A stretch of 64,000 nucleotides of DNA from Podarcis vaucheri (taxonomy: Eukaryota), in assembly GCA_965113315.1 (NCBI GenBank), contig OZ220364.1; one strand, given 5' to 3'. The number at the start of each line of letters is the position of its first letter. The first letter of the stretch is position 1. The notes under the pieces were generated by a model. That model worked only from the letters and a program-made list of their open reading frames with translations, did not search any database and was not told the origin of the DNA. A program made the position numbers and the translations under genes. Below, in pieces: positions 35,893-50,544 of the stretch.

Positions 35893-36080
35893 TTTTATTT
35901 ATACCCCACCCATATTATAATAATATTATATTATTAAAAACAACCCCATAAGACATAAAACATGTCCCAATACAAGGCTGCCTTGAGATGTCTTCTAAAA
36001 GTCAGATAGTTGTTTATTTCCTTGACATCTGATGGAAAGGTGTTCCACAGGGCAGGCGCCGCTACCAAGGAGATCCTCTG
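35858..36080 (-). mobile_element. L2 3' fragment, internally deleted
   Basis: Peptide APALWNTFPSDVKEINNYLTFRRHLKAALY matches the 52.5-kb copy; (TTA)n tail. Confidence 0.85.
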
Positions 36081-38716
36081 TACTTTTTTTTCAGTCTGAG
36101 CCTGATAATCCCACATGTGCCTCTTTGGTTGCTGGCAGTAAAAGTGCAATCATTATAGATCTGTAGCTTCTAGTGTGGTGTGCCAGCCATGACCTTGCCA
36201 CTGCCCTGCCCCACTCCATCTAGCACCATTCAGGAAAGCTGCAGAGATGCCGGTGTTGGGAAAAGCAGCTCTGCACCACCGTACAAGACACTACTGTTAT
36301 GAACTAAATAATTAGCTGCCCATTCAATACATCTAGAATCAGCTGCCCTCCCACTCTGTTTGACGGAATGGCCAGTGCTACCCATCCTGCTTCCTAGCTC
36401 CTCCACCTAGTCACGGTTCTCAAATGTTGAATGAAAATCCTCTTGATAGGGACCATAAGGACGAAACTAAGCATGACTGGCAAGATCTATGATTAAGATC
36501 TCCCAGCAATGTAATCATAATTTAAAAAATAGTAGCTGTAGCATGCCACCAATCAGATTAGCACTGTGGCACTGGAAATCTTGCTCACCTGATAAAAATT
36601 ATGCCCCTTAGCTGCTAGTATCTCTACAGAGCAAGTAGTATTTTGGGGGGTGGGGGACAATTTTATTCACAAAAACATCACCAGTGGGGTGGGGGAAGGG
36701 CTAAGACCCCTCTTCACCAGCACTGCAGTCCTAAGGCCATTCTCACCACAGCTGCTTTGTTCATTGATTTAACCATCTCCTAACCACAAGTTTTGTCTCC
36801 CATGTCATTGCAAAAACAAGATTATTCTTATTTTTTAAAAAATGACTACTAATAGTATAATAACGCTTACAGTAGGTTAATCCAAACAATCTGTGATCGG
36901 ATATTAGAGCCACAATGAGAGATGGTGAGAAAAGAATTATTTCTCGGCTTTTAAAATATATTTTTCTCCTGTTGCCCAAAGTAAGAAATTAGCCCATTTA
37001 TGCCATTCTACTGGATGACAAAGTTACAGAAGTGGGAATTTGGACTGCAGCAATTTTAAGCTGAGCTGGCAGCACTTTCAACAAAAGAAAATACTATAAT
37101 TAGCAGATTTCATTATTCCATACAAAAATAGCTGTTCAGTTCTAGCAGGTTTAAATTCTTGTTGCAGCTGTTATAACAACCGGACATCTTCAAAGCCTGA
37201 AATTCATCATTTTCCCATGCCAGGAGGTAGGGGTTATTTATACAGTCATTTACAAAGCTAAGTTATTGGTTCAGAAGCAATGTGTAATGAATGAGGCAAT
37301 TCAGTTTTCCTAAAAGATTTTGCAGAAGTACCTAGGGTACTCAGCCTCTCTGCTTCTCTAGAGGCAAAAAGTATAACAGGAATGAACAATACCTGTTTTA
37401 ACCTAACATGAACTTGCATGTTTTCTAGTATGGGTCAAGACGGGAACATCTTATATGCTGTTTACTGGTCTGGATCATAAAGAATCATATATTTAGTTAA
37501 ACAAAACATCTTAGACATGTTGAATGCAATGATAGTGCAGTATTGCTTGGTGAATATGAGACAATGTAATATGAGACAAAGACCCACAAAAAAATATATG
37601 TTTCAGTGCAACTAAGGACATAAAGATTGACCAGTATTAGTTCTGAAATGCAGCAGATACTCCAGGCAGTACTTTCTTTTTGGAAAAGAACTGGAGAATG
37701 CCTCTACCAGCGTGCTTTCACTCTGGGATAATCCATTTGCCACTAGTGATGCCAATAAATCAAACTCCCAATATATTTATTTTGAAATTTTTAAGTATGG
37801 ATTTACTAACTCTGCTCCTAAACTGGACACAAAGGACAGCCAATGCGTTACTTAGATAATCTCAGAATTCCAACAAACACAGCTTATACTCATGAAGATT
37901 GATGCAGTTCTCCAATATATAAAGTTTGCTGTTTGATATTCTATCCAAGGCACACTAATTACACTTCCTCATTTTTCTTAAAAGCAGATGCCATGTGCTA
38001 GATTTTTAGAGCAGATAACGAACAGCAATGAACATACACAGTGCCAAGAACTGCTGTCAGAAACATTAGTAAATTTTTGATCTTATGGATACGTTCAGAG
38101 TAGACCCTAGTACCTTTGGTGAAGAGTTATTTGACAAATGAAACAAAGGCTACAATTAACTCTCTCCACGGTTTCACACAGTGAAAAATGAACAGGACTC
38201 CACATGCTTCTGTTCTTCAAAATGCAAACATAGGTATTGTTTTGTAAAATGTCTTAGAGAGCAGCAAGATAACACATTACATATCTATATATGTCTACAA
38301 GCAATAACAGAAATTTGGCATTCATGAGTGTTGCACAGCAGATCTAAAGTATCACATTTTAACCAGAAAGCAATATGACAGAAATCAATATCCCTACATT
38401 CCTGGGAGCAAACCCCACTTAACCCCATTGACACTTTCTTCTGAGTAGGCATGTATAGGATTGCACTCAAAAGTAAGACCCAATGAGCCTACTGAAACTT
38501 ATTGCTAGGTAAGTGTTATAAGACTGCAGTTTTGTTTTAAATCAAACAAAACAAAAACATTTCAAAAGACAAGGAAGGATAAAACTGAGCAGCAGTAACA
38601 AAACTTTTTCCACTGAAGGATGGCTTTTTATGCTTCATACTGTACTTTTATTTAGATGTTTCTAATTACTCTGTAAGCCACCTTGAATCCTGGTTTAGGA
38701 AAAGGCAGGGATATTA

Positions 38717-38958
38717 TAGAATCATGGAATCATAGAGTTGGAAGAGATCCAAGGGTCATCTAGTCCAACCCCCTGCAAAGCAGGAATCACATCTCCTCTC
38801 ATTCTCCTCTTTTCCAAGCTAAACATACCCAGCTTCTTCAATTACTTCTCATAAGTCTTGGTTTCCAGATCCCTCCTCTGCACACGTTCCAGCTTGTCAA
38901 CATCCTTCTTAAATTGTGGTGCCCAGAATTGGACACAGTATTCCAGGTGTGGTTTGAC
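38717..38958 (-). mobile_element. CR1 LINE 3' fragment
   Basis: (ATTCTATG)-type octamer tail; remnant of the [11 protein letters not shown] motif. Confidence 0.85.
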
Positions 38959-38960
38959 AC

Positions 38961-38997
<37 letters not shown>
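38961..38997. repeat. (TAT)n microsatellite
   Basis: Read directly. Confidence 0.95.
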
Positions 38998-38998
<1 letters not shown>

Positions 38999-39710
38999 GT
39001 ACTTTAGTACATATATGCAAACACAACACATTTGCAGACAATGTTATGCAAGTCAGATATGTATAAACCTCATTGAAATAACTCTTCACAATGAAGAAGA
39101 ATCACAATATGGACATGTTTTGTACTTTGTGATCTGAATCCCAGTACCAACTGCAGTTTGAAAAGCTACTTTCTGAACATGTTAAAATGCTCACATTGTA
39201 TACAGTCTTTTCATGCCACTGGACCAAGTTAGAATGCACATCGGAGAAACCACCATTTTTTGAAGACATGCCCCTCCTTCCCTTTCAGCCTCCCTCAGTG
39301 TGGAAATAGCAAACATCCTTAGCAGAACCACGGTCCTTCCCCTATATGCATTCTGAGGTGGTGCAGTCTTATGACAGAACTGCGACAACCACCACACGTT
39401 TGAAACACCTCTTATTTAAGCTTGTTCAATACCTTGGAAAGGATAGCCAAGGGGCTGTTTCTACTGAACAAGGATATCTATTTCTAGCAGAACAGGAAGT
39501 ATTCTTCAACACAAGAAAAGCATTTGAAAAACATTTTTCTGCAGTCCCCTTGAGTGTGCAGAAAGCTGTAAAAAGAAGGGATCTGTCAAGAAAACCTTTA
39601 AATGAAATGAGATTGCATGTAATCTTATGTGTGCTATAAGAAAATGCGGGGCGGGGGGGAGGACACCTTAGCCTTTGATTCAAAATTTCTTTCATGTTCA
39701 ACTGCTAGAG

Positions 39711-39966
39711 GAAGAAGAAGAAGAAGAAGAAGAGTTTGGATTTGATATCCCGCCTTTCACTCCCCTTGAGGAGTCTCAAAGCGGCTAACACTCTCCTTTC
39801 CCTTCCTCCCCCACAACAAACACTCTGTGAGGTGAGTGGGGCTGAGAGACTTCACAGAAGTGTGACTGGCCCAAGGTCACCCAGCAGCTGCATGTGGAGG
39901 AGCGGAGACGCGAACCCGGTTTCCCAGATTACGTGACTACCGCTCTTAACCACTACACCACGCTGG
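39711..39966 (-). mobile_element. tRNA-derived SINE, Squam3-like, with (CTT)n tail
   Basis: Minus strand GTGGTGTAGTGGTTAAG A box, GGTTCGCGTCT B-like box, L2-like 3' hairpin and (CTT)n tail. Confidence 0.82.
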
Positions 39967-42900
39967 TACTTCCCAGGGCAACTGCCATTCAGAGAATTTA
40001 TCCATGGACATTTGCTCTCTATGTGCCACAAATTAATTTTACTATTCTCAAATTTATTTTTTCAATGAAAGCTATTTGTTTTATTTGAAAATGTATCTAG
40101 TCAAAACTATTTAGTGCGCTGTTTATTATCATCATTTCTGTGGCTATTGTAAACTGTGAAACAAATTAGCCTTTTAGCGTGCATATGTGGCCGTGCATTT
40201 GCTTCTTCCTTCACAATTGTGAGCAATCAAATCAGGAAGTGTGCAATCAATCATGGTTCCCATTTTGTCTAACTGGGAAATTATGCTTGCCAGCTTCAGA
40301 AAAAGTCAGTATATTAAACACAAGTTTGAAATTAGTTTTGTTAATAAAAGGTATGTGGCATGTGAACATACAGATTCTACTTTTAGCTGTCATGACCATC
40401 ACCCATCAAAGTCTTGCCCTTCATGGATTTGCCTAATTTTGTTTAAATGCCAGCACTAAATTCACTGTACAGTACATGTATTGTGTAAATATGTGCTTTT
40501 AATCGTTCTGAACATACAACCAGTTCCATTGTATAATTAAGGTCTAGCATTATGACAAAAATAGTTTCTCTTTATTCACTACCTATATGGTTGCTAATCT
40601 GGTACGTTTCTGTCATGCTTCCTCCTCCCCTAGTTATCTTGTTCCTAAGCTAACCACCCACCCAAAAAACCAAACAAACACTAGTTTAACCTTTTCTCAT
40701 AGTGAGATACTCTATCTGGATGATCAGGGGGTCTCTAGTTGGGCTTTTATTTATTTATTTTTAAAATACTTTATTGACAGTCTTATACAACAAATAAAGT
40801 ATACATCTTCTTTTACTAGACATAAGTATAAATCTTATAAACGAAGCAACAACCATATACAAGTAATACTCCATTTGTTAACAAACAAATACTTTCTTAT
40901 TCCTTTTAGTGAATTTTCTATTACGGTTCCAATCTCTCTTCTTTTATGGGGGGTGGGGTGGACGGACCTTATCTGCTGACTTTAGGCCTTTTTTATCTAG
41001 GTCACTTTTCAGCTATTGCTTGAATTTATTCCATCCTCATACCTCTCTGTGCTGTGCTCATCACATCTAGCTTTAAGTTTTCATATTTAGCTGCTTTCTC
41101 CAGCCCAGTTTGTTTCTTTCTTTCACATTTCAGCTGCTCTTTTGACTTCCTTACTGAAATCCTGGCAACTGACCTTTTGTTCCCCTTGGATTTTGATTTT
41201 GGATTACTTTTCTGGTAAATAATTATTGGCTGCATCATGATTTGCCTTCCTTTAGAGCAGGGACAAAGAACCTGTAGCCCTCTCAGAGCAAACCATACTG
41301 GGGCTGGGAGTCATGGTGTGACTAAAATACATGATGACTATTTACATTTGTTGTGGGAGCAGATGTGCACCCCTGAAAAATACCCTACTGTACCAGGCGA
41401 GGAGACGACAGAACTCAAGACCATGCTGAATAACTAAGGAATGACTAATACCAAGATAAACTAAACCTAAACTCCTGAAAATAACCTAGCGTAACTGATT
41501 TAAAAGATTGTATTGAGACCATTTTTAGTGTGCTGTGCACCCTAACGTAAAGCATATAATATATGGTAGAAAGCAAAAATGACCTCATCCCATGTTTCCA
41601 GAAGGTTAAAGTGCTTGAAAATGTTAGTAGTTGAATTTTGTTGTTGTTGTTATGCTGGTTTTTCTATTGCTAAAAATACATTGTTATAGCTTCCGAGAAT
41701 GATCTGCCTTTTTTAAAAACAACAACAGCAACACAAACAAACAGCAACACGCCCTTATACCTTATCCAGGATACTTTGTGAGCAGAGTAACTTTGTGAGC
41801 AATAGAAGCTGACAGGAACCAATGAAGCTGCATAGTACCTGTTACAACTGTCTTATTCTTTCATGGCCACCTATGGTTTGATAATACATTTCTTTTTTAA
41901 AGTGACAGAAAAAGAGGGAGAGAATAAAAATTTTACCACTAGTCCAGTTTCAGCAAACACACAATACAGGTTGAGTAGTCTGTGAAATTGTGGGGCTGTG
42001 TCATGGAAGTTACTCCTACAAGGGTTAATGAAATGGATGACAAGTCTGAAATGTAGAACTGCCACAGTCCAGAGCTGCTGGCCAAGGCATGTGTCTGTGT
42101 GACACCATATCTTAGTACGAACTAGCAAGGTCACCATCAAGCGAAGGCTACTAGCTTGCGTCAGGGTAGTTTGGAAATTATGGAGAAAGAAAACCACACC
42201 GTGTGAACACGCCCCTTGCAAAAAGAACTGCGGCACAATTTCCTCAATACGCTTTAAAAAATGCACCCTGCTGTCTCCATGGCAAGTCTTTACCACAGAG
42301 AGATTAAAGGATGCTGAAAATAAACAAATAATATCTGACCAATTTTCCTTGTGATATGCAGTTCCTACATTTAAATGGTGGGAAGCCTTTTTTTTAAAAA
42401 GATAAACTTCACTTATCACAGCAGGTATTTCTTGACTGCAAACAGTCATATTGCACAAAAGTAGTATGCGTGTGTGTGGGGGGGAATAAAAGAATCCTAG
42501 GAAATAGAGTACAAGCAAAAATAAGCAAACCATTTAAAACTTTGTGGTAATTCTGAACAATGCAGTAGTCATAACTCACCCAAAGGGGAATTAAAGTTGA
42601 GTATCGCAATTCTGAAAATTCAGAATATTCCCCCCAAAAATCCTATTGGCCTTACAAGAAAACAGAAAGACACACACCAAGGTGGGTAAGGGGCTTCTGG
42701 AAAGATGTGTGTCCCTCATGCAGCAATAACATGGTGGTTGTAAAGAATATAGAGGATTAATGGTGCTTTAATTAAGTACTATAATGGGGATGAGACAAAG
42801 ATGACTCGGAGACAAAACTCTTCATTACATAGATCACAGCATTGTGACAAACAGGAAGAAGAAATTAACTGTTATCCTCAAAATCATCATCACATCACTG

Positions 42901-43866
42901 AAATCAATGGTATGAGTGGGACATGATTAGCTGAACGTTTCCAGAATCATCTGAAATAATTTTCTGGTTGTATCTGCAAGCTACACACCATAGCTTTTAC
43001 ATATGGATGGTGTCATCTGAAAACCAGTATCCAGCAATTCCTAGGTTTCTTTGTTTTATTTATTTATACATTTAATGAGAGAAACCGGTGTTCTGTGAAC
43101 TGCAGAAAAACATCTGTTTGCCTCTGGCACAGAGGCTCATTTGTTAACACACAGCTAATATTGGAACACAGGGAAAAAAAATGTTGGTGGAAAGGGAAAA
43201 GTCTGAATTGACGGATAACGTAGAAATAGATTTTGTCCACTTAATAAAATAAAAAAGGAGGGAAAGACCAATGCATGCACTACAATTCTATTTTTCTGGG
43301 AGAACATGTCCCAAGGCTCTGCAGTCAGGACTGAGTTATATAATATTGAAAAGAAAAGTGGTGAAGACATAGGCAAGAGTGCAGGGAAGACTGGGAGCCC
43401 GAAGGCATGGGAACCAGGGATATTAAAACAACAACAGCATTCATGTAAGCAGGCTTTCCCTCTTCCACTGTCCTCAACCCACTTACACCCCCTCCAGAAA
43501 AATTGTTCCTGGGATAGTACAGGGAGTGAAATTAAGATGGAGGAAGCAGTTGGTATGAACTGGGTCCTCCTTATGTGAAAGGAGGAGGAAAATTGAACCA
43601 ATCCATTTGGCAGGAATTGGTGCAAGGCTGCTATGGAGGAAAGGAGGAAAGGATGGATAAGGGCACCAAGGGACTAGGAAGATTTGTAAGAAGCCCAAAA
43701 ATTTGCTCAGCAGCAGAAGATGGTGGGGAGGGTAGTGGAGTTGCCCTGCAGGTTGGGGATGGGCATGGTAGTGGCAAGGTTGAGGGAGCTCTGGGTTGGT
43801 GACAGCACCATCCAGCCGCATCCCAGGAAGTGTTATGTCACTGGGAGGCTGATTTGTTGTTCCCTA

Positions 43867-44217
43867 ACGCGGGTGGCGCTGTGGTCTAAACCACAGAGCG
43901 TAGGGCTTGCCGATCAGAAGGTCAGCAGATCGAATCCCCATGACGGGGTGATCTCCCATTGCTCAGTCCCTGCTCCTGCCAACCTAGTAGTTTGAAAGCA
44001 TGTAACAGTGCAAGTAGATAAATAGGTAATACCTCCAGCGGGAAGGTAAATGGCGTTTCCGTGTGCTGCGCTGATTCACCAGAAGCAGCTTAGTCATGCT
44101 GGCCACATGACCCAGAAGCTGTACGTCGGCTCTCTCAGCCAGTAAAGCAAGATGAGCGCCACAACCCCAGAGTTGTTTGCGACTGGACCTAATGGTCAGG
44201 AGTCCCTTTACCTTTAC
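43867..44217 (+). mobile_element. Sauria SINE (Squam1)
   Basis: GGTGGCGCTGTGGTCTAAA A box, degenerate B box, (CCTTTA)n tail. Confidence 0.9.
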
Positions 44218-45723
44218 ATTTTAACGTTAGGATACATGAATCAACAAGAGGCTGGCTAAAGATCCTGGCTTGTTAGGAAGCAGTAAGCCATGCTCTGGGT
44301 TTGGATGTAATAGATACATGCTACTCATGCAGAATAAATGAGGATAAGCCAGCAACCCTGGTTTACCATGATGTGCAAATTTCATTTCTACTGTATATCT
44401 AAGCCAGCAATCTGAAGGATTTGAAAGCAAGGACAAATGTGCATAAGCAGTCTTGCTTTTCCTTAATTTAAACATTTTCCTATGCTGTGAATTCTGATCC
44501 CACCTTCAGATTACCTTGTTCTAGTATGCCTATTTTGTTATAAGCAACTGGCACTAATTTTTATTTAAAATAAATGGCTTGTTCTACACTTACCCAACCA
44601 ATCCATTCATCCATATACCTGCCCACACACTTCTTCCCAGGTGTAACCCTGGAATAAACTAATTGTATAATTTACTTAATTTCTTTCTTCTGTATTGTAG
44701 TGCCATTTTTGTACCTGAAAGTGCCGTTTCAGTTGTTTTTCATATATCTTTGCAGAAACATTTTTAGGGCTGCCTTATGACCTAATTCACCTACACAGAA
44801 AATATTGCACTCTCTTTACACTTAGCACCAAACTAAATGAAATGTAAGGCATTCCATCCTGCTGATACTATATAAAAAAGCACAAAGCTGGCAATATGTC
44901 TTATAAATTGTGCTAGTACTTTCTCAGACAGATATAAGTGGAAGGAAAATTTGCCTTCCCATAGTATTTCATGTTGCTGTTACTAATTCTGGGTCATTAT
45001 TGCTGAACTGGAAACAACCGCAGAATATTGAGAAATCCAGGTCACAGGGAGGAATTCAACATCATGCTATTTTGATCGTTCTATCAGCTCCTGCGTTTCT
45101 GCTTACCAGATGGACAAGCACCCTCTTCTCCTCCCTGCAAACTGGTCTGGGGGAATCTTCTGATCCTCCAAAGTGGATTGGGGGAGGAGACACACAGGGA
45201 GAGGAGAGAGGAGGGAAGTCCCATTGCGTTAGTGGGAGCCCTTGGGTTGGCTTCTGGTCGTTCACCAGGTTATATGAATCGGGGCCACAGTTTCCACTAA
45301 TATAATTCAATGGTTTGGTTTTTCTCTGTTTGCTAACAATGCACCATTGTTAGCAAACAGCACCAGATATATCACACACGCATAATTAATCATACATGTA
45401 TAGTCAATAAGCAAAGGCAGAAATTATTAATTATCCTTAAATATTACAAGTAAAATACTGAAAGATGCATCGGGTAGGTAAAACATCCAAGTTTTGTTTC
45501 ATGGCAGGATTCAGCATCATTTGGCCAATTAAAAATAATAATAGTGGAGGGACTCATCAGTTCAGTGCCACATGAAACCATGACACCACAGCTCATAAAC
45601 AAACCACGAAGGAGTGCTTAGAATGAAGAAGGGTTGGAATTGAAGTGGATGGGCATAAACTGTCAGCTATGTATTAAGGCCTAAACAACACCCACCCACC
45701 TACAATTAAGATCACACAGCACT

Positions 45724-45787
45724 AGGGATGCTTGAATCTGTCAATTTCAGAATCTCACAGTTTCTCATTTTTCCAATCAATAGGTGA

Positions 45788-45834
<47 letters not shown>

Positions 45835-46112
45835 TAGAAAAATTCAGCAGCATTATATGCTACTTTCTCCTAATATACACATTTCTGTACTGTATGCAAT
45901 TTTGCCTTATACAAACATTTGTGATTGTGGTTTTCATTAACATATGTGTTTTTATGCCATTTTGTATGCACTGCATGGCTGAAGAATTGCACTACAAAAT
46001 TTGGCGAAGTGTGAATTTTGAAGGGTGGCCGTGTTTCATTTCGCTTATTGTTTTGAAAAGTGCAAATTACGTAAGATTACATTTAAATGCAAACTGAAAT
46101 GGAATCCATCCC
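45724..46112. mobile_element. Decayed non-autonomous DNA transposon with internal (CT)n(AT)n
   Basis: TAGGGATG...CATCCC termini; family resemblance only. Confidence 0.45.
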
Positions 46113-46680
46113 AGTTCCTCTCCAGCACCTTATCCTCCTGCATGAGTGCTTCAACAAACACACCCAATCAACTGAATATGTCAACTAACTTGCTGCACAC
46201 AATGCTTACTTATAAAGTTATCATTAATGTTTTATGTTCTTGTGCAGAAAATGCAGAATATGCAATATAAACACTGGGGGGAGGAATCAAACATATGAAT
46301 CAGTACAAAGAGGCAGGAAATAATAATTAAAGTAAATACACATGATAAAGCAATCACCTTTGCACTGGGAAGCCTAATTACAGTGGTGCATGCACCATCT
46401 ACTTCAATGACCAATCTAAACCCTTCATTTAAAAAACCTGAAACAAATAGCAATCCTGTTCAGCAGCAGAAAAGGATAAGGAATTGATAGTAATCCTCAT
46501 GCTCCTCGCATGAACTCCAAAAGACATTTGAGTGAGACTTTAAAAGCTGAAAATTGTCCATCAAACACACAAAATAAGTTCCTCTAATCCTTGTGCCACA
46601 AATTACTAATCCATCTGGAGAGCTAAATTTGTTTTGTGTGTTTACAAGGATCTAAATGTCATCCGACACACAGACAACTA

Positions 46681-46884
<204 letters not shown>

Positions 46885-49754
46885 CTATTTTTGTGGATTT
46901 TGTTCAATCTGCTTGATATACAGGCAGATTCTCAAGGTCCAAGAAAAGTCAAGAAAACAATCCATATTTGCAAAAAAACAATCAATATTTTTGCCTGATT
47001 TTAGAACAAGCTGAATGCCATTTATATTGCTTTATGAGGCATTAGTCTTTTTTAGTCAGGATTTCACTTCCAGTGGTCATAAGCCAGTGGTGGCTGGGCC
47101 ATAGGCAAAAAGTGGGAGGAGCACTTACCTTACCTTTGTACAATAGCTATGAAAAAGAAATAGGTTTCTACATGCACACACAAACACCCTTCTATCCTCA
47201 ACCCAGGTAAAAAAAAAGGCATCATCACAGTTAAATGACACACTCTAGCCTGGCAAAAGCACTTGGGGCGGGAATGCAGTATGGTAAGTGAGAGGTATGG
47301 TCTGGGGAGGAAGTTTGGATGAAAAATAGTCCCTGCTAAGTGCAGATAATTATAGAACATCACCACAACTGGCCACCATCCCCAAAAATGGTCACACAAC
47401 TTGTGGTTGTGTGAATCACTCTTTAGGCTTATGAATCTCAGATGAATTAAAAACCCAACAAGCAAGTTTTCTGGAACCAGTTCCTCTTACACACTGGGAC
47501 AAAGAATGAGGGAGTACATTGAGACAGAGCTTTTTGTACAGCACCATCTCAGAAGAGCATGATGTCTCACGTATCCTGCAGTCTGCTGGAAATATGCAGA
47601 ACTGTCCGTGACTAATATTTCTTGCTAGTTCTGCCAGGGAAAGGGAAAGGAGTAGTGAGAGTGAGTAACTCTTCTGTGAAACCCATCATGAAGTTGTGTA
47701 GCCCTTAGGCGCTGAAACGCCACAGCCAACCAACTCTATAGAGAAATTACCCTTTTTTGGCCTTTTATCTCTCACAGAAGCCATAGCTCTACCACCTTTT
47801 TTCTTTTCTTTTCCTTTCCTTAAAGACTACAGCTTTGGTCTGAGATTTTGAATTTTAATAGAAAATTCTAATAATTGTATTTTTCTTCACAAACACAGCA
47901 CTTCCTTATTCACACCTAATAGGGTGTTGGCATCCCCACTTCCACACAAAAGAGTATATAAACTTATGGCAAACATTCTCAGAAAACTTGTCCACAAAAT
48001 ATGTAGAGTAAGGTAAGTATTTAAAGTTCTGAGTTTCCTACCCACCACACCCAGCAGAAAACAGGTATGCAATCAGAGGACAGATTTGAGTTCCTCATTA
48101 GCAGTCTTCAGTATAAAATCATTTTCTGCACCTGATTTCATACTTTTATTAAAACCCTTATCAGAAGTCTCCCATGTGCAATGACTAAGCTCTGGTGACT
48201 CTCGTGTCTGAAATAGTTGCAAAAGCTGTGCACTTGTAGCTCTGCCCAATGTTCACTTCTGCTTCTTGGAAGCATGCCTGCTTTGTGACAGTTGGAAAGG
48301 CTGGCAGCAGACCCAGTTATAATATATGGAAATCTGAGGACAAAACTGCCTTGTGATTAATTTCTCTCCTGCACGGAGAGATCAGCTTTGAAGAAAAATG
48401 GTTATGGCTTTTAGCAACAGTATTTTCTTCTTTTCTTTTAATTTGCTGCCTGTTGTGAAATTCAGGATAATTCTGTTTCCAGGTCCCTTGTGGAAAAAAA
48501 TAAAATAAATTCAAAGCTTCCCTTCTACTTGGGCATTAAGATGAAGTGGGGCATTTTAAGAAACCTTGAATTATAGTGACATAATCCCTGCTCCCCAACA
48601 TGTGAACTTTTCAACAGATTTGGGACTTGAAAGTACTTGGTCTAGGTTGTGGGGTGGAAAAAAAATACTGCCACAATCTGCTATTCTTCTGTTTTGCTTT
48701 GTTTTGCTTCTGGACTTTTTCACTCCAGGTGAATGAAAGAGCTTGTGCCCATGGATGAAATAAAGCAAAAAAGGGATGTTAATATGATGTTTCACACCAT
48801 ATCTCTTGGTTCATGGTTAGAGAAAGGAATTACAGTCTGCAAGCTCAGATGTTAACAGCAATGACCAGAATCTTATTGACCATGAGAATCATGTGATACC
48901 AGAAATCCAATATACTGTCCTTGCCTGCTCTAATGAACGCCCAAGTGGAGCAGGGCCTATGAGCCACAGTGAGGCAGCCATCTCAGGCAGCAGAGCCCAC
49001 CTGGGGCAACAGACCCCAATGTCAATCTTTCTTTCCCTTTGCCTTGTTCCTGATGTAGATCTTCCCTGATCCCTTCTTCCCTGGCAGGGAGGAGGGGCGC
49101 CATTTTGGAGTCCGCCTCAGGTGCCAAAATGTCTTGAGCCAGCACTGATGTGGTGTAATACAGCATCATTGCACTCTATGTATAGAATCAAACTGGGGAG
49201 ACCCAAGTTAAGTTCAAATCTTTACTCAGGCATGATGTTCACTGGTTGAATTTGAGCTAGTCTGTTTATCTCAGCTTAAACTATAGGGCATTGCTTGTAG
49301 CTGCCTGTGTCTACCTCTTAAGAACTGTAGGAACTGTAGTTCACCCCTCACACTGCTACGATTCCCAGCACCCTCAACAAACTACGTTCACAGGATTCTT
49401 TGGGGGAAGCCATGTACTCTAAATATATGGTGTGTATGCAAACTTCTTCTTCACCTTGTGCCTTGTTTCATCAGCCTTCTGCATTTTTAATGCTCACATC
49501 CACTTTTACTATCTCTTTCTGCTAGAGTGTATTGGCCTACATACAACTATTATCGACTTTAATCTCAAGGAAATAAATGTTAGATGGGATCATTTTACTC
49601 ATCCATCAAATTAGATGGATTTGCTATTTTACTGCTATTTTAAGCACCCTGCCAGCAAATGGTGTTTCTCAGTACAATTTGTTCATAGAATTTATTAAAT
49701 AAGTTACTTAATTTTTTAAAATCAAAAACTAGGCAGGCCTGTATCGGAAAGTTT

Positions 49755-49835
49755 TTAATGTTTTATATGTGCTGTGAGCCACCCAGAGTGGCTGGGGAAA
49801 CCCAGCCAGATGGACGGGGTATAAATAATAAACAC

Positions 49836-49881
<46 letters not shown>
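49755..49881 (+). mobile_element. Short L2 3' end with (TTA)n tail
   Basis: GAGCCACCCAGAGTGGCTGGGGAAACCCAGCCAGATGGACGGGGTATAAAT followed by (TAT)n. Confidence 0.85.
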
Positions 49882-50544
49882 TCCAAACTTTCATTGCCCT
49901 CTCCCCCCCCCAAAAAAAAATAAAAAATAAAAATGAAATTGAAACCAAAAGAACTTTTGGCTAATGCAAAAATTGTATGCCATCTGTAGTCTGTCCTGCT
50001 ACATAAATACAGCACAAACCAGTATCTAAGTGGTCACTTCATTATCAGGTTTAAGCTTAAACTCTTTAACCTCACAATAAGCACTCAGGTGACTGGCATA
50101 TTTCACTGTGACTCCAGTCATTGAAACAAAAGGTCTTCTAAGCTAGACAGCTGCAGAATAACAATTTGTAGTCTATGTAGGAGGATTGCTGTGATTCTAT
50201 GATTCTATAACTCACAGAATGCCACAGTACAAAGCAGAGCATTTGGCCATAACACAGAGGAAAGCTGAGAAACAGACACATAATTGAGTTAAGAATACAG
50301 TCTATCACTTGAGTGATTTTAATAACAAATACAGCTATAGTTATGGGGCCATTAGATGTGTCTGGTGTAGGAGTTGATGGCCCTATGTCAAAACCAGAAA
50401 AATGTAGCTAGACTAGGAGACGGCTCATATGTTTAAAGAAATGGCTGAATAAATCTGAGTGATGTGCATGCTTCTTCTTTTCCTACACAAAGAGCTATGT
50501 GAAATCAGGACTAACTGTTTGGGCCAGCTCATCTGGTATTAGTT

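Noticed and set aside
41871-42533. 220-aa minus-strand ORF
   Set aside because: No recognisable motifs and intron-like composition; probably chance, as are the other short intronic ORFs.
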